A stretch of DNA of 64,000 bases from an uncultured Coriobacteriia bacterium (GTDB lineage: Bacteria > Actinomycetota > Coriobacteriia > Anaerosomatales > JAAXUF01), in contig CAWDNM010000008.1 of NCBI GenBank assembly GCA_963803785.1, positions 35,411 to 99,410 on the forward strand, read 5' to 3'. The position numbers and the translations under genes were made by a program. Positions 53,426-63,079 of this stretch are shown here, piece by piece. The notes beneath the pieces are model-generated. The model was not told where the DNA came from. It saw only the letters and a list, made by a program, of their open reading frames with translations, and ran no database searches. Each line of letters starts with the position of its first letter. The stretch's first letter is position 1.

Positions 53426-54205
53426 ATGGCCAACGCCAAGCGCGACGAACGCGAGCAGCGTCAGCGTGCGCTGGCGCGGCGTCGCGCCCTCGTGGTCGGC
53501 GGGAACCGTCGCTGTGCGTCGTCGCTGCAGTCTGGGGGCTCGTGGCCCTGTGGCGCGCGCCGATCTTCTCGGTCGAGACGATCGACCGTCAGCGGGAACC
53601 GTCGGCTCACTGACGGCCGACAGTCCTCGCGCGAGCCCAGGTTCCCGGACGATGCGACGCTGCTGCGGCTGCAACAAGCGCGAGATCAGTCGATCGGCTT
53701 CTGCCGATCCCTGGATCGCCGAGGCGCGACTCGACCGCCAGTTCCCGCATACGCTCGGCATCGAGATCGTCGAGCGCGACGCCAGTGGCGACGATCGATG
53801 CCGGCGGCACGCAAATCTGGCTCGTCGACGGCTCGGGCATCTGGCTCGCGAAGCGCTCGGCCGAGGACACCGCCGACGCTCCCGGTCGTCCGCGATATCG
53901 AGAAGCTCGCGCCGCAGGCGGGCGCCCGTTCGGACTCGCCGGAGCTGCTGAACGCGCTGGCGGTTCTTGGCGGCCTGAGTCCCGAGCTTCGCTCGCGAAG
54001 GTCCGCACGGTTTCGGCACCGAGCATCGACCGGACGGCGCTGGTTCTCCCTCGAGGCGTGCAGGTGATCGTCGGCAGCGCTGAGGACGTCGCGAAGAAGG
54101 ACACTGTCGCGCGCGCCATCCTCGCGGAGAACAAGAACGTGGTCTCACGTGAACGTTCGAGTCGTCAATCGGCCGACGTGGCGCGGGCTGGATTCCGGCA
54201 ACTAG
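53426..54205 (+). CDS. ftsQ: cell division protein FtsQ/DivIB-like; 4 apparent frameshifts, boundaries approximate
   Basis: ATG 53426 gives MANAKRDEREQRQRALARRRALVVGG (basic N-terminus). The TM segment reads ...VAAVWGLVALWRAPIFSVETIDVSGNRRLTDG. POTRA-like fragments read ...TLLRLQQARDQ... and ...TQIWLVDGSGIWLAKRS.... The tail reads ...VQVIVGSAEDVAKKDTVARAILAENKNVVS... Confidence 0.6.
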
Positions 54206-54382
54206 CTGCGGAAACGCGTCGAATCGGGGGAGCGGTGGCTACACCGTCCCCGCGAATCTCGCACAACCCTCTTGCACTCTGTGTAAGGTTTATGCGAAGA
54301 TTGAGCGTTCCACCCGCACAGTAACGGTCAACCTGAGGTTTAGAGTCGCAGCTCTGACCGGTCTCCCAGGGGAGGGCGAGCA

Positions 54383-55472
54383 ATGCTCGAGACGGGCGCT
54401 AACTACCTAGCAGTGATCAAGGTCGTCGGTATCGGCGGCGGCGGCACCAATGCGATCAATCGCATGGTCGAAGCCGGCGTCAAGGGCGTCGAGTTCATCG
54501 CGGTGAACACCGATGCGCAGGCACTGCTGATGTCGGACGCCGACTACAAGGTCCACATCGGCGTCAATCTCACCAAGGGCCTCGGCGCAGGCGCCGATCC
54601 GGATGTCGGGTTCCAGGCCGCCGAGGAGAATCGCGGTGAGATCAAGGAGGCGCTTCAGGGCGCCGACATGGTCTTCGTCACGGCGGGCGAGGGCGGCGGC
54701 ACCGGCACTGGTGCCGCACCCGTCATCGCGCAGATCGCGAAGGAGGAGATCGGCGCGCTCACCGTGGGTGTCGTCACTCGGCCGTTCGCGTTTGAGGGTC
54801 GCAAGCGTGCGCTGCAGGCCGACGACGGCATCAAGCGTCTCGGCGACGTGGTCGACACGCTGATCATCATCCCCAACGACCGCCTGCTCCAGGTCGCCGA
54901 GAAGAAGACCTCGATCCTCGATGCGTTCCGGATCGCGGATGACATTCTTCGCCAGGGCACCCAGGGCATCACGGATCTCATCACGGTGCCCGGGCTGATC
55001 AACCTCGACTTCGCTGACGTTCGCACGATCATGGCCAACGCGGGGTCGGCGCTGATGGGTATCGGCCTTGCCGCTGGTGACAACCGGGCGCACGATGCTG
55101 CGACAGCCGCCATCTCAAGCCCGCTCGCTCGAGTCCTCGATTCAGGGCGCCCAGGGCGTGCTGCTCTCCATCTGTGGTGGCAGCGATCTGGGCCTGTTCG
55201 AGGTCAACGAGGCCGCAGAGGTGGTTGCTGCGGCGGCTGCCCCTGATGCCAACATCATCTTCGGAGCCGTCATCGACGATTCGATGATGGATCAGATTCG
55301 CGTGACCGTCATCGCGACCGGGTTCAACGGCCGCAAGCGCCAGGAGACGATGCAGTTCGCAGCGGTCGGGGATGAGGACGAGGGCGGCACGCCTCTCGGA
55401 GTGCCGGTATACGAGTCCCTGCCCGAAGAGGACCTCGATATCCCGGCGTTCCTGAAGAAGCGGTCTTTCTAG
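54383..55472 (+). CDS. ftsZ: cell division GTPase FtsZ; one apparent frameshift ~55130
   Basis: ATG 54383 after GGAGGG gives [48 protein letters not shown]...[11 protein letters not shown]...[19 protein letters not shown].... The C-terminal fragment 55068..55472 ends ...[13 protein letters not shown]. Confidence 0.9.
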
Positions 55473-55496
55473 CAACCCTGTGCGATTCACCGGTTT

Positions 55497-55550
55497 GGCC
55501 CCTGTGGCGACGACGGCGCGACCTCGTCGCCACAGGGGCCGCCTTCTTTC
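55497..55550 (+). terminator. intrinsic terminator after ftsZ
   Basis: ggcccctgtggcgacg-acggcgcgacct-cgtcgccacaggggcc forms a 16-bp perfect stem, followed by gccttctttctcg (T-rich). Confidence 0.6.
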
Positions 55551-55569
55551 TCGATCATGTTGTGGACAA

Positions 55570-55610
55570 CAGAAGAGCCCCGCCGGGATATCCCCGGCGG
55601 GGCTCTTCTG
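55570..55610 (-). terminator. intrinsic terminator-like hairpin at 3' end of the convergent minus-strand gene
   Basis: cagaagagccccgccggg-atat-cccggcggggctcttctg forms an 18-bp perfect stem, 16 nt beyond the stop (55626) of the minus-strand DUF4013-like gene. Confidence 0.5.
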
Positions 55611-55625
55611 TGTGAAGAGTGATGT

Positions 55626-56666
55626 CTACTCGGCCGGGGGCTCAGAGTCCGCAGGCGGACCGAACGCTGCGTCCGGCGCGGGAGCTGCGGGCGCAGGCGC
55701 GGGAGGCGGCTCATACGCGGGCGGCTCGGGAGCGACCGGAGCGGGAGCCGCTGGCGGCACGTAGGCGGGCGGCTCGGGAGCTGCGGCGGGCGCAGGCGCG
55801 GGAGGCTCGTACGCCGGTGCTGCGGGAGGTGCCGGAGGTGCGTACGCCGGAGGCGACGCGGGAGCCTGGTAGCCGCCGGGAGCAGCGGGGGGAGCGGGCT
55901 GCGCCGGAGGTGCCGGAGGCGTGTAGGCGGGCGGAGGAGGCGGAGCGTACCCGCCGGGGGCAGCTGCGCCAGCATAGGCGGGCGCACCGGAGCCCAGGCC
56001 CGGATAGCCGTACGACTTGGCGGCCCACTGGCCGAAGAGGTGGCCGGTGATCATGGTCATGAGGTAGATGGCCGCCGGATAGATGATGGCGCCGATACCG
56101 GTGGCCGAGAGCACGCTCATGACCGCGCCGACGCCGAATCCGATGACGAGTGACCACATCCATGCGACGAAGTAGCCGCTGCCATCCCTGACGTGGCCGA
56201 GAATCTCACCGAACTGGAAGAACGCGCCGAAGTTACCCTTCACCGCGTAGTGCACGATCGCCGCGTAGAAGAGCACGGACACCGCGACGATGTAGACGGT
56301 CGCGATGAGACTGAACAGGCATCCGCCTCCTGCGAGCAGGCCACCGGCAGCATTGCCGCCGTCCATCGCGGCCGAGATGATGCCCGGGACGACCATTATG
56401 AAGCCGAGAACGATGATGGGGAGGAAGTAGATGAACCCGGCGACACTCACCATGAAGCCCTTGACCCACTTGTTGCCGAAGTCGGACCAGTCGGGGAGCT
56501 CCTCGTTGCCGTTCGAGACGCGCGTGATGTACTCCAGCTGAGCGCCGTAGACGACCGGTGAGGTGATGCCGAGCAAGAGCCAAAGGAAGCCCAGAGCCGT
56601 CTTGGCCGGCCACCCCTTGTCGTTGAAGGGCGCTTTGAGTGCCCTTCCGAAATCAATGCTGTCCAT
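55626..56666 (-). CDS. DUF4013-like polytopic membrane protein with C-terminal Pro/Ala-rich repetitive tail (PPAY/PAPPA repeats), apparently intact
   Basis: Minus-strand ATG at 56666 after GGAGAGGGG gives MDSIDFGRALKAPFNDKGWPAKTALGFLWLLLGITSPVVYGAQLEYITRVSNGNEELPDWSDFGNKWVKGFMVSVAGFIYFLPIIVLGF.... It has ~6 TM helices. The tail reads ...APAYAGAAAPGGYAPPPPPAYTPPAPPAQPAPPAAPGGYQAPASPPAYAPPAPPAAPAYEPPAPAPAAAPEPPAYVPPAAPAPVAPEPPAYEPPPAPAPAAPAPDAAFGPPADSEPPAE*. Confidence 0.6.
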   Translation of the reverse strand: MDSIDFGRALKAPFNDKGWPAKTALGFLWLLLGITSPVVYGAQLEYITRVSNGNEELPDWSDFGNKWVKGFMVSVAGFIYFLPIIVLGFIMVVPGIISAAMDGGNAAGGLLAGGGCLFSLIATVYIVAVSVLFYAAIVHYAVKGNFGAFFQFGEILGHVRDGSGYFVAWMWSLVIGFGVGAVMSVLSATGIGAIIYPAAIYLMTMITGHLFGQWAAKSYGYPGLGSGAPAYAGAAAPGGYAPPPPPAYTPPAPPAQPAPPAAPGGYQAPASPPAYAPPAPPAAPAYEPPAPAPAAAPEPPAYVPPAAPAPVAPEPPAYEPPPAPAPAAPAPDAAFGPPADSEPPAE

Positions 56667-56789
56667 GAAGACCCCTCTCCATCGGTACGCGGCCGATGAA
56701 CGCCGCTCTGGAAAAGGATACCCTTTGAGAGAATCGAAAGCGCGTGCATGCACCAACGATTCAGCATGAATCGGTGAGAGGATGCCCAA

Positions 56790-57601
56790 GTGAGCCTGCC
56801 CGCCCCTGAACTGCAGCGCCAGACGGTCGACGGGGTCGCCTACTGGACCGACCTCGGCCTCGCCGAGACGGGCGTGGTGATGGGCTTCTCGGAGCGTCTC
56901 GGCGGGGTGAGCGAACCGCCGTTCGCCAGTCTCAACCTTGCCGCGCACGTTGGGGATGACCCCGCACGAGTCGATGAGAACAGGACGCGATTGCTCGTCG
57001 CTGCGGGCCTGGGCGACGTACCGGGACCGGCTCGTCGTGCCCGAGCAGGTCCACGGTGACCACGTGTCGTGTCGTCGGTGAGGGCGACGCCGGCAGCGGT
57101 GCGTGCGCATCGGGCGGTCGCGCAGCCATACCGCAGACCGATGCGCTGATCAGCGCCACACCCGGGCTCCCGCTGATGCTCTGCTTCGCGGACTGCGTGC
57201 CTGTCGTGCTCGTCGCTCCCGGACCGGTGGTTGCCGTCGCCCACGCGGGCTGGCGCGGGGCGCTCGCATCGATAGCCGGAAACGCAGCGAGCCGAGTCGC
57301 GGGTGTCGCAGGGTGCCGGTCCTCCGAGATCCGCGCCTACATCGGTGCCCACATCCGCGCGTGCCACTACGCAGTGAGTGACGAAATCATGTCGCAATTC
57401 TGTAACACGTTTGGTACAGTTGCCCGGGCCGTTTCGGGGGGTTTGGACCTCGACGCCGTAGTGACCGCAAGCCTCGTCGATGCAGGAGTCGCCCCGTGCA
57501 GCATCGCACGCCTCGGAACGTGCAGTGCCGAGGCCACCGACCGGTTCTTTTCGTACCGCGCCGAGGACGGGCGCACGGGTCGCCATGCGGCGTTCGCGTG
57601 C
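56790..57601 (+). CDS. pgeF: YfiH/PgeF laccase-domain protein (purine nucleoside phosphorylase/peptidoglycan editing factor); 1-2 apparent frameshifts; no in-frame stop before pstS
   Basis: GTG 56790 gives MSLPAPELQRQTVDGVAYWTDLGLAETGVVMGFSERLGGVSEPPFASLNLAAHVGDDPARVDENR.... The second frame reads ...LMLCFADCVPVVLVAPGPVVAVAHAGWRGALASIAGNA...CHYAVSDEI...RFFSYRAEDGRTGRHAAFACVL. Confidence 0.75.
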
Positions 57602-58447
57602 GTGCTCTCGGACGCGTTCATCGGCGTCTCTCTGATCCTCGCGGCGCTCGTTCTGGTCTCCGGTTGCGCGGGAGGGCAGAGGGCTTCGACCGACGTCATC
57701 GTCAGCGGCTCGACAACGCTGCTTCCCATCGCCGAGGAGTCCGCAAAGGCCTACACCGACGGGCACCCTGACACGAAGGTGCTCGTCTCGGGGATGGGCT
57801 CTTCCGCGGGCATCGAGGCGGTGTCCGCGGGAACGGCCGACATCGGGACGTCGTCCCGTGACCTCAAGGACGAGGAGGCCGATCTCGGTCTGCTCGACAC
57901 GCCGATCGCCTACGACGGCATCGCCGTCATCGTGAGCCCGGAGAACCCCGTGACCGGACTCACCTCGGAGCAGCTTCAGGGGATCTTCGCCGGCAAGATC
58001 ACGAACTGGAGCGAGGTTGGCGGTACCGATCGCAGAATCGACCTCGTGAACCGCGATGAGGCCTCTGGTACCCGAGAGGCTTTCAAGAAGATCGTGATGG
58101 GCGACGTTCCGTTCGACCCCGCGGCCGCGGTGCTTCCCGGCACCGGGCAGGTGCGCGACGTCGTCGCCCGCGCTCCCGGCGCTATCGGCTACATCTCGGC
58201 CGGATTCGTGGCGCCCCGCTTCACCAACGTGAAGGTCAAGGCGCTTGAGATCGACGGCGTTGCGCCTACCGAGAAGAATATCGGCTCGTCTGCGTACCCG
58301 ATCGGTCGAACACTCCACTTCTTCACCAAGGGCGCGCCGACCGGGCCGACCAAGGACTACGTCGACTACGTGCTCTCCGATGAGGTACAGCAAGGTGTAG
58401 TCGTCGATGCGGGATTCATCCCGATTGCTGAAGGGGGGAAGCAGTGA
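57602..58447 (+). CDS. pstS: phosphate ABC transporter substrate-binding lipoprotein PstS; start approximate (continuous in frame with pgeF)
   Basis: LSDAFIGVSLILAALVLVSGCAGG (lipobox), then ...DVIVSGSTTLLPIAEESAKAYTDGHPDTKVLVSGMGSSAGIEAVSAGTADIGTSSRDLKDEE...GAIGYISAGFV.... Stop at 58447. Sits upstream of pstCAB. Confidence 0.7.
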   Translation: MLSDAFIGVSLILAALVLVSGCAGGQRASTDVIVSGSTTLLPIAEESAKAYTDGHPDTKVLVSGMGSSAGIEAVSAGTADIGTSSRDLKDEEADLGLLDTPIAYDGIAVIVSPENPVTGLTSEQLQGIFAGKITNWSEVGGTDRRIDLVNRDEASGTREAFKKIVMGDVPFDPAAAVLPGTGQVRDVVARAPGAIGYISAGFVAPRFTNVKVKALEIDGVAPTEKNIGSSAYPIGRTLHFFTKGAPTGPTKDYVDYVLSDEVQQGVVVDAGFIPIAEGGKQ

Positions 58448-58489
58448 GCGACCCAGACCGATCAGCCCGCTAGCGGAACCCTCCAGCTC

Positions 58490-59347
58490 GTGTCGAGGTC
58501 TACCTACGTGAAGGAGTCACTCCTCAAGGGCCTCTTCTTCGTCTGTGCGTTCATGTTCGTGCTGGCGGTTGCCCTCATCTTCATCTTCGTGGCCTGGAAG
58601 GCATGGCCGATCGTCACCGACTACGGTCTGGGCAAGTTCATCACCGGCACGGAGTGGTCGGCGAGCAACGAGAGCTTCGGTATCCTGCCGCTTATCGTGG
58701 GCAGCCTGATAGTGACGTTTGGCGCGCTCGCTCTCGGAACCCCGCTGGCGGTCGGTACGGCGGTGTTCCTCTCTGAGATTGCGCCACCAAAGGTGCGCGC
58801 GGTCGTGCGGCCCGCAGTGGAGCTGCTCGCGGGCATACCGTCGATCGTCTACGGCTTCTTCGGCATCATTCTGCTGCGCTCGATCGTGTCTGAGTTCACC
58901 GGGTCGCTCGGCTTTGGCGCGTTCACCGCGTGGATCGTGCTTGCGATCATGATCGTGCCGACCATCGCAGCACTGTCCGAGGACGCACTGCGCTCGATTC
59001 CCGAGGGGATTCGCGAGGCCTCGTACGCGATGGGGGCGACGCAGTGGCAGACGATCTACAAGGTCGTGGTGCCGGCGGCGAAGATCGGCATCATCGATGC
59101 CATCATCTTGGGAATGGGACGAGCGATCGGCGAGACGATGGCGGTGCTCCTGGTCGTCGGCAATGCGCCGGTATTCCCTGAGGGCATATTCGCCCCGCTC
59201 TCGACGATGACGACTCAGATCGTCATGGACATGCCGTACGCAGTTGGCCTGCACCGAACCGCGCTCTTCGCGATGGCGGCGATGCTGTTCGTCTTCTCGA
59301 TGTTCCTCGTTGCAAGTGTCCGCCTCTTGTCGAGGTTGAGGGATTAG
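58490..59347 (+). CDS. pstC: phosphate ABC transporter permease PstC, intact
   Basis: GTG 58490 gives VSRSTYVKESLLKGLFFVCAFMFVLAVALIFIFV.... The EAA-like loop is ...DALRSIPEGIREASYAMGATQWQTIYKVVVPAAKIGIIDAIILGMGRAIGETMAV.... Confidence 0.85.
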   Translation: MSRSTYVKESLLKGLFFVCAFMFVLAVALIFIFVAWKAWPIVTDYGLGKFITGTEWSASNESFGILPLIVGSLIVTFGALALGTPLAVGTAVFLSEIAPPKVRAVVRPAVELLAGIPSIVYGFFGIILLRSIVSEFTGSLGFGAFTAWIVLAIMIVPTIAALSEDALRSIPEGIREASYAMGATQWQTIYKVVVPAAKIGIIDAIILGMGRAIGETMAVLLVVGNAPVFPEGIFAPLSTMTTQIVMDMPYAVGLHRTALFAMAAMLFVFSMFLVASVRLLSRLRD

Positions 59348-59348
59348 C

Positions 59349-60173
59349 GTGAACAAGACTCTCGCCAACAAGATCGCGGTCGGCGTCCTGTGGTTCATGG
59401 CCGGCTGTACGGTGGCTATCCTCGGCACGCTGCTGCTCTACGTGTTCGTGAATGGTATCCGGGCGATCTCCCCCGAGTTCATCTTCACGTGGCCGCGAGG
59501 CGTGCACGCCGAGGGCGGAATCTGGCCGACTATCGTCGCCACGGTGTACGTGACGACGCTCGCCATGCTCATCTCCACGCCGGTTGCCGTTCTCGCCGCG
59601 GTCTACCTCGCCGAGTACGCGTATCAGGGCAGAGCCGTCTCGGCCATCCGTTTTGCAGCCGACTCGCTGGCCAGCGTGCCGTCGATCGTCATGGGCCTGT
59701 TCGGGTTCGCCCTGTTTGTCGAGGCGATGGGGTTCGGGCTATCGATGGTCTCGGCGGCGCTCGCGCTGTCCCTGCTGATGTTGCCGATCATCATGCGAGC
59801 GACGGAGGAAGCGATCCGAGCGGTCCCGAAGTACATGCGCTGGGGCTCCTACGGGCTGGGCGCAACCAAGTGGCAGACGGTGAGCAAGATCGTGCTGCCG
59901 TCGGCCTCGCCTCGGATCATCACCGGCATCGTGTTGGCGATGGGTCGCGCGGTGGGAGAGACCGCTGTCGTTCTCTACACGATGGGCCAGGCGATCAACC
60001 TGCCGCTCCTCCCGATCGATTCGGGTCGACCGATGACTGTTCACCTCTACCTGCTCGCCGTCGAGGGCATCAACCTGCCCGCTGCGTTCGGCACGGCCCT
60101 GCTGCTCATTGTCATGATCCTCGGGTTCAATCTGTCCGCCCGCTGGATCCTGCGTCGTTCTCGGAAGGTGTGA
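59349..60173 (+). CDS. pstA: phosphate ABC transporter permease PstA, intact
   Basis: GTG 59349 gives [25 protein letters not shown].... The central loop reads ...[55 protein letters not shown].... Confidence 0.85.
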   Translation: MNKTLANKIAVGVLWFMAGCTVAILGTLLLYVFVNGIRAISPEFIFTWPRGVHAEGGIWPTIVATVYVTTLAMLISTPVAVLAAVYLAEYAYQGRAVSAIRFAADSLASVPSIVMGLFGFALFVEAMGFGLSMVSAALALSLLMLPIIMRATEEAIRAVPKYMRWGSYGLGATKWQTVSKIVLPSASPRIITGIVLAMGRAVGETAVVLYTMGQAINLPLLPIDSGRPMTVHLYLLAVEGINLPAAFGTALLLIVMILGFNLSARWILRRSRKV

Positions 60174-60177
60174 CGAG

Positions 60178-60991
60178 ATGTCGGTATCGCTTGGCACGCA
60201 AGGCCTGGTCCAGATGGGTCCTGCGAAGGTCCACGTCAAGGACCTCAGCTTCTGGTACGGGGACTTCAACGCCCTGACGGGGATCACCGTCGACATCAGC
60301 CAGAAGGCGACCACTGCGTTCATCGGGCCGTCCGGGTGTGGCAAGTCGACGTTCCTGCGCTGCATCAACCGCATGAACGACCTGATTCCGGGTACGCAGC
60401 GTCGAGGGCACCATGCTTATCGACGGGGCGGACATCTACGGGACGGGCGTCGACCCCGTCGACCTCCGCAGGCGCGTCGGGATGATCTTCCAACAGCCGA
60501 ACCCGTTCCCGCAGTCGATCTACGACAACGTGGCGTATGGGCCTCGCCTGCAAGGCATCAAGAAGCGGTCGGAGCTTGACGCGATCGTCGAGGACTCACT
60601 CAAGCGCGCGAACCTGTGGAAAGAGGTCAAGGACATCCTCGGGAAGAACGGTCTTGCCCTTTCGGGTGGCCAGCAGCAGCGGCTGTGCATCGCCAGAGTG
60701 TTGGCGGTGCAGCCCGAGGTGCTGCTCATGGACGAGCCGTGCTCGGCGATCGATCCGACTTCGGTGCAGAAGATCGAGGACTTGATGTCCGAGCTCAAGG
60801 ACACGGTCACGATCGTCATCGTCACCCACAACATGCAGCAGGCCGCTCGCGTGAGCGACTTCACCGCCTTCTTCCTGCAGGAGGTCGCCGGAGAGCCTGC
60901 GGTCCTGGTGGAGTTCGGGCGCACCAACGAACTCTTCACCAGCCCCACGGACAAGCGTACGGAAGACTACATCACGGGTCGCTTCGGCTAG
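60178..60991 (+). CDS. pstB: phosphate ABC transporter ATP-binding protein PstB; one apparent frameshift ~60400
   Basis: ATG 60178 gives ...[52 protein letters not shown].... The second frame reads ...[33 protein letters not shown]...[19 protein letters not shown].... Stop at 60991. Confidence 0.85.
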
Positions 60992-61110
60992 CATCGCCGC
61001 CTGCCGGCAAGCTGGCGGGGAATACTCTCGGATGTAACAAACCGGTGCGGATTCGCCCCGGTCGAGCGGCTATAATCGATTGGATACACCACGTCGCCGA
61101 GGAGCCGACC

Positions 61111-61788
61111 ATGCGCGAGCAATTCAGACAAGAACTCAAAGCGGTTCACGGCGAGGTCGTTGACATCCTCCTTGTGGTAACCGAACAGACCCGTAACGCC
61201 GTCCAGTCGCTCATCAACGGTGACGTCGACTTGGCCGAGGCTGTCATCGCTCGCGACGAGGAACTCGACTCCAGGTGCGTCGGGGTTGAGGAGCGCGTGC
61301 TCGAGACCATAGCCACTCAGTTCCCGGTCGCCCGCGATCTGCGTCTCCTGCAGTCACTCGCCTACATGGCGATACACCTCGAGAGGATGGCCGACCTGTC
61401 GGTCAACATCGCGAAGTCGACGAAGCGCACTGCCAGTCGCCGCGGTCCCCAGACGCTGCTCGACTTGATCCAGGCCCAAGGGAACCTCGTGTACAGGGTG
61501 CTGGACGCTACCCGCGAAGCGCTCGACAAGCGCGATCTCGAGCTTGCCTTGAAGCTGCCCGAGCTCGACGAGCCGATCGATCACCTCTACAAGCAGTTCT
61601 TCCGAGAACTCGCCAGGTTGCACGACGAGGAAGACATCGAGTGGGCGTCGTCGATGGTGCTTGCTAGCCGTCATCTCGAGCGCATCGCCGACCACGCGGT
61701 CGATATCGGCGAGAGAACCGCCTACTTGATCACGGGGGACAGGGACGTCTATCCCGGAGAACACTCGACCGAGCCGGCCGGGGAGTAG
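61111..61788 (+). CDS. phoU: phosphate signaling complex protein PhoU, intact
   Basis: ATG 61111 after GAGGAG gives MREQFRQELKAVHGEVVDILLVVTEQTRNAVQSLINGDVDLAEAVIARDEELDS...LERMADLSVNIAKS...HLERIADHAVDIGERTAYLITGD... (the two PhoU repeats). Confidence 0.85.
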   Translation: MREQFRQELKAVHGEVVDILLVVTEQTRNAVQSLINGDVDLAEAVIARDEELDSRCVGVEERVLETIATQFPVARDLRLLQSLAYMAIHLERMADLSVNIAKSTKRTASRRGPQTLLDLIQAQGNLVYRVLDATREALDKRDLELALKLPELDEPIDHLYKQFFRELARLHDEEDIEWASSMVLASRHLERIADHAVDIGERTAYLITGDRDVYPGEHSTEPAGE

Positions 61789-61791
61789 CCC

Positions 61792-62469
61792 GTGGCCGCC
61801 GTCGCGTCCCGCTACGAGACGGTGCGGCGACAAGTAGCCCATGCCGCCGACATCGCCGGCCGCTCGCCAGAAGAGATCACCATCGTCGCGGTGACCAAGA
61901 CCGTTGGCATCGACGATATTCGCTCGGCGCTCGCCGCGGGCGTCTTGGACTTCGGCGAGAATCGCGTGCAGGAGTTCTTGGGCAAGTACGGGCTGTTTCC
62001 CGATGCGAACTGGCACTTCATCGGGACGCTGCAGACCAACAAGGTCAAAGACGTCGTTGGCCGTGCCTGCCTCATCCACTCCGTTGACTCGCTGCACCTG
62101 CTCGAGGAGATCGGCAAGCGAGCCCAGGCCGCCGGTCTTGTCCAGCCGGTATTGCTGCAGGTGAATGTCTCCGGTGAGGGCTCGAAGCATGGATTCGACT
62201 GCAGCGACGTGCGCGAGGCGTTGATCGAAGCGTCGCACCTGCCCAACGTGGAGGTTCGCGGCCTGATGACCATGGCCCCCTTCGGCCGTCCGGAGGATGC
62301 GCGCTGGGTCTTCCGCGAGCTGCGGGAACTGCGGGATTCGCTTCGGGAGATGCCGCTCAATAGTGTAGAGTTGAACGAGCTCTCCATGGGCATGAGCAAC
62401 GACTTCCGCGTCGCTGTTGAAGAGGGGTCCACGATCGTTCGTGTCGGCGGAGCCATCTTCGGTCGGTAG
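61792..62469 (+). CDS. yggS: YggS-family pyridoxal-phosphate homeostasis protein, intact
   Basis: GTG 61792 gives MAAVASRYETVRRQVAHAADIAGRSPEEITIVAVTKTVGIDDIRSALAAGVLDFGENRVQEF...FIGTLQTNKVK...LLQVNVSGEGSKHGF...NELSMGMSNDFRVAVEEGSTIVRVGGAIFG. Confidence 0.85.
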   Translation: MAAVASRYETVRRQVAHAADIAGRSPEEITIVAVTKTVGIDDIRSALAAGVLDFGENRVQEFLGKYGLFPDANWHFIGTLQTNKVKDVVGRACLIHSVDSLHLLEEIGKRAQAAGLVQPVLLQVNVSGEGSKHGFDCSDVREALIEASHLPNVEVRGLMTMAPFGRPEDARWVFRELRELRDSLREMPLNSVELNELSMGMSNDFRVAVEEGSTIVRVGGAIFGR

Positions 62470-62491
62470 CGCAGGACATGAGGAGACGGCC

Positions 62492-63056
62492 GTGAGCTTG
62501 TGGCACCGCATCAAAGTCCGCCTCGGTCTCGAAGACGAGTGGGATGACGAGTACTACGAGAACGAAGACGAGGACTACTACGAGGCGGAGGCGCAGGACG
62601 CTGACGAGGCGTACGCTCCTCGTCGTTCGGCGTCGTACGACTCGCCCGTATGGTTCCGGCGCTTCCGCCGGCGCTGTGAAGCGCCTTGACCGCGGTCCCG
62701 ACCTTGACCGGGCGCGTTCGGGTGGCTCGCTGCGCAGCGTTCCTGCCGGCCCGACGTCGGTCCAGCCGGCAGGCGCTCAGATGAAGATGCACATCGTCGA
62801 GCCGAAGTCGTTCACCGAGGCCCAGGCCATTGCCGACAAGTTCAAGCAGGGCACGCCGGTCATCATGAATATGGCCGTCACCCAGCCTGACTTGGCGAAG
62901 CGCCTTCTCGACTTCGCCTCCGGTCTCACCTACGGGCTGGACGGTGGTCTGCAGAAGGTCTCGGACAAGGTGTTCATGCTGACGCCTCACAATGTCGACG
63001 TGAGCGACGCCGATCGCCGCAGGCTGCGCGATACCGGCCTGTATTCCGGCGAGTAG
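62492..63056 (+). CDS. sepF: cell division protein SepF; one apparent frameshift ~62650
   Basis: GTG 62492 after AGGAGACGG gives VSLWHRIKVRLGLEDEWDDEYYENEDEDYYEAE.... The second frame reads ...MKMHIVEPKSFTEAQAIADKFKQGTPVIMNMAVTQPDLAKRLLDFASGLTYGLDGGLQKVSDKVFMLTPHNVDVS...* and stops at 63056. Confidence 0.8.
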
Positions 63057-63079
63057 ACCAGAGGCGAGAGGTAGTACGT

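Noticed and set aside
55640-56000. Highly repetitive Pro/Ala-coding stretch considered as a CRISPR-like or VNTR non-coding array
   Set aside because: The repeats are degenerate, in frame and part of an intact ORF with an upstream RBS. There are no identical direct repeats with unique spacers. It is coding low-complexity sequence.
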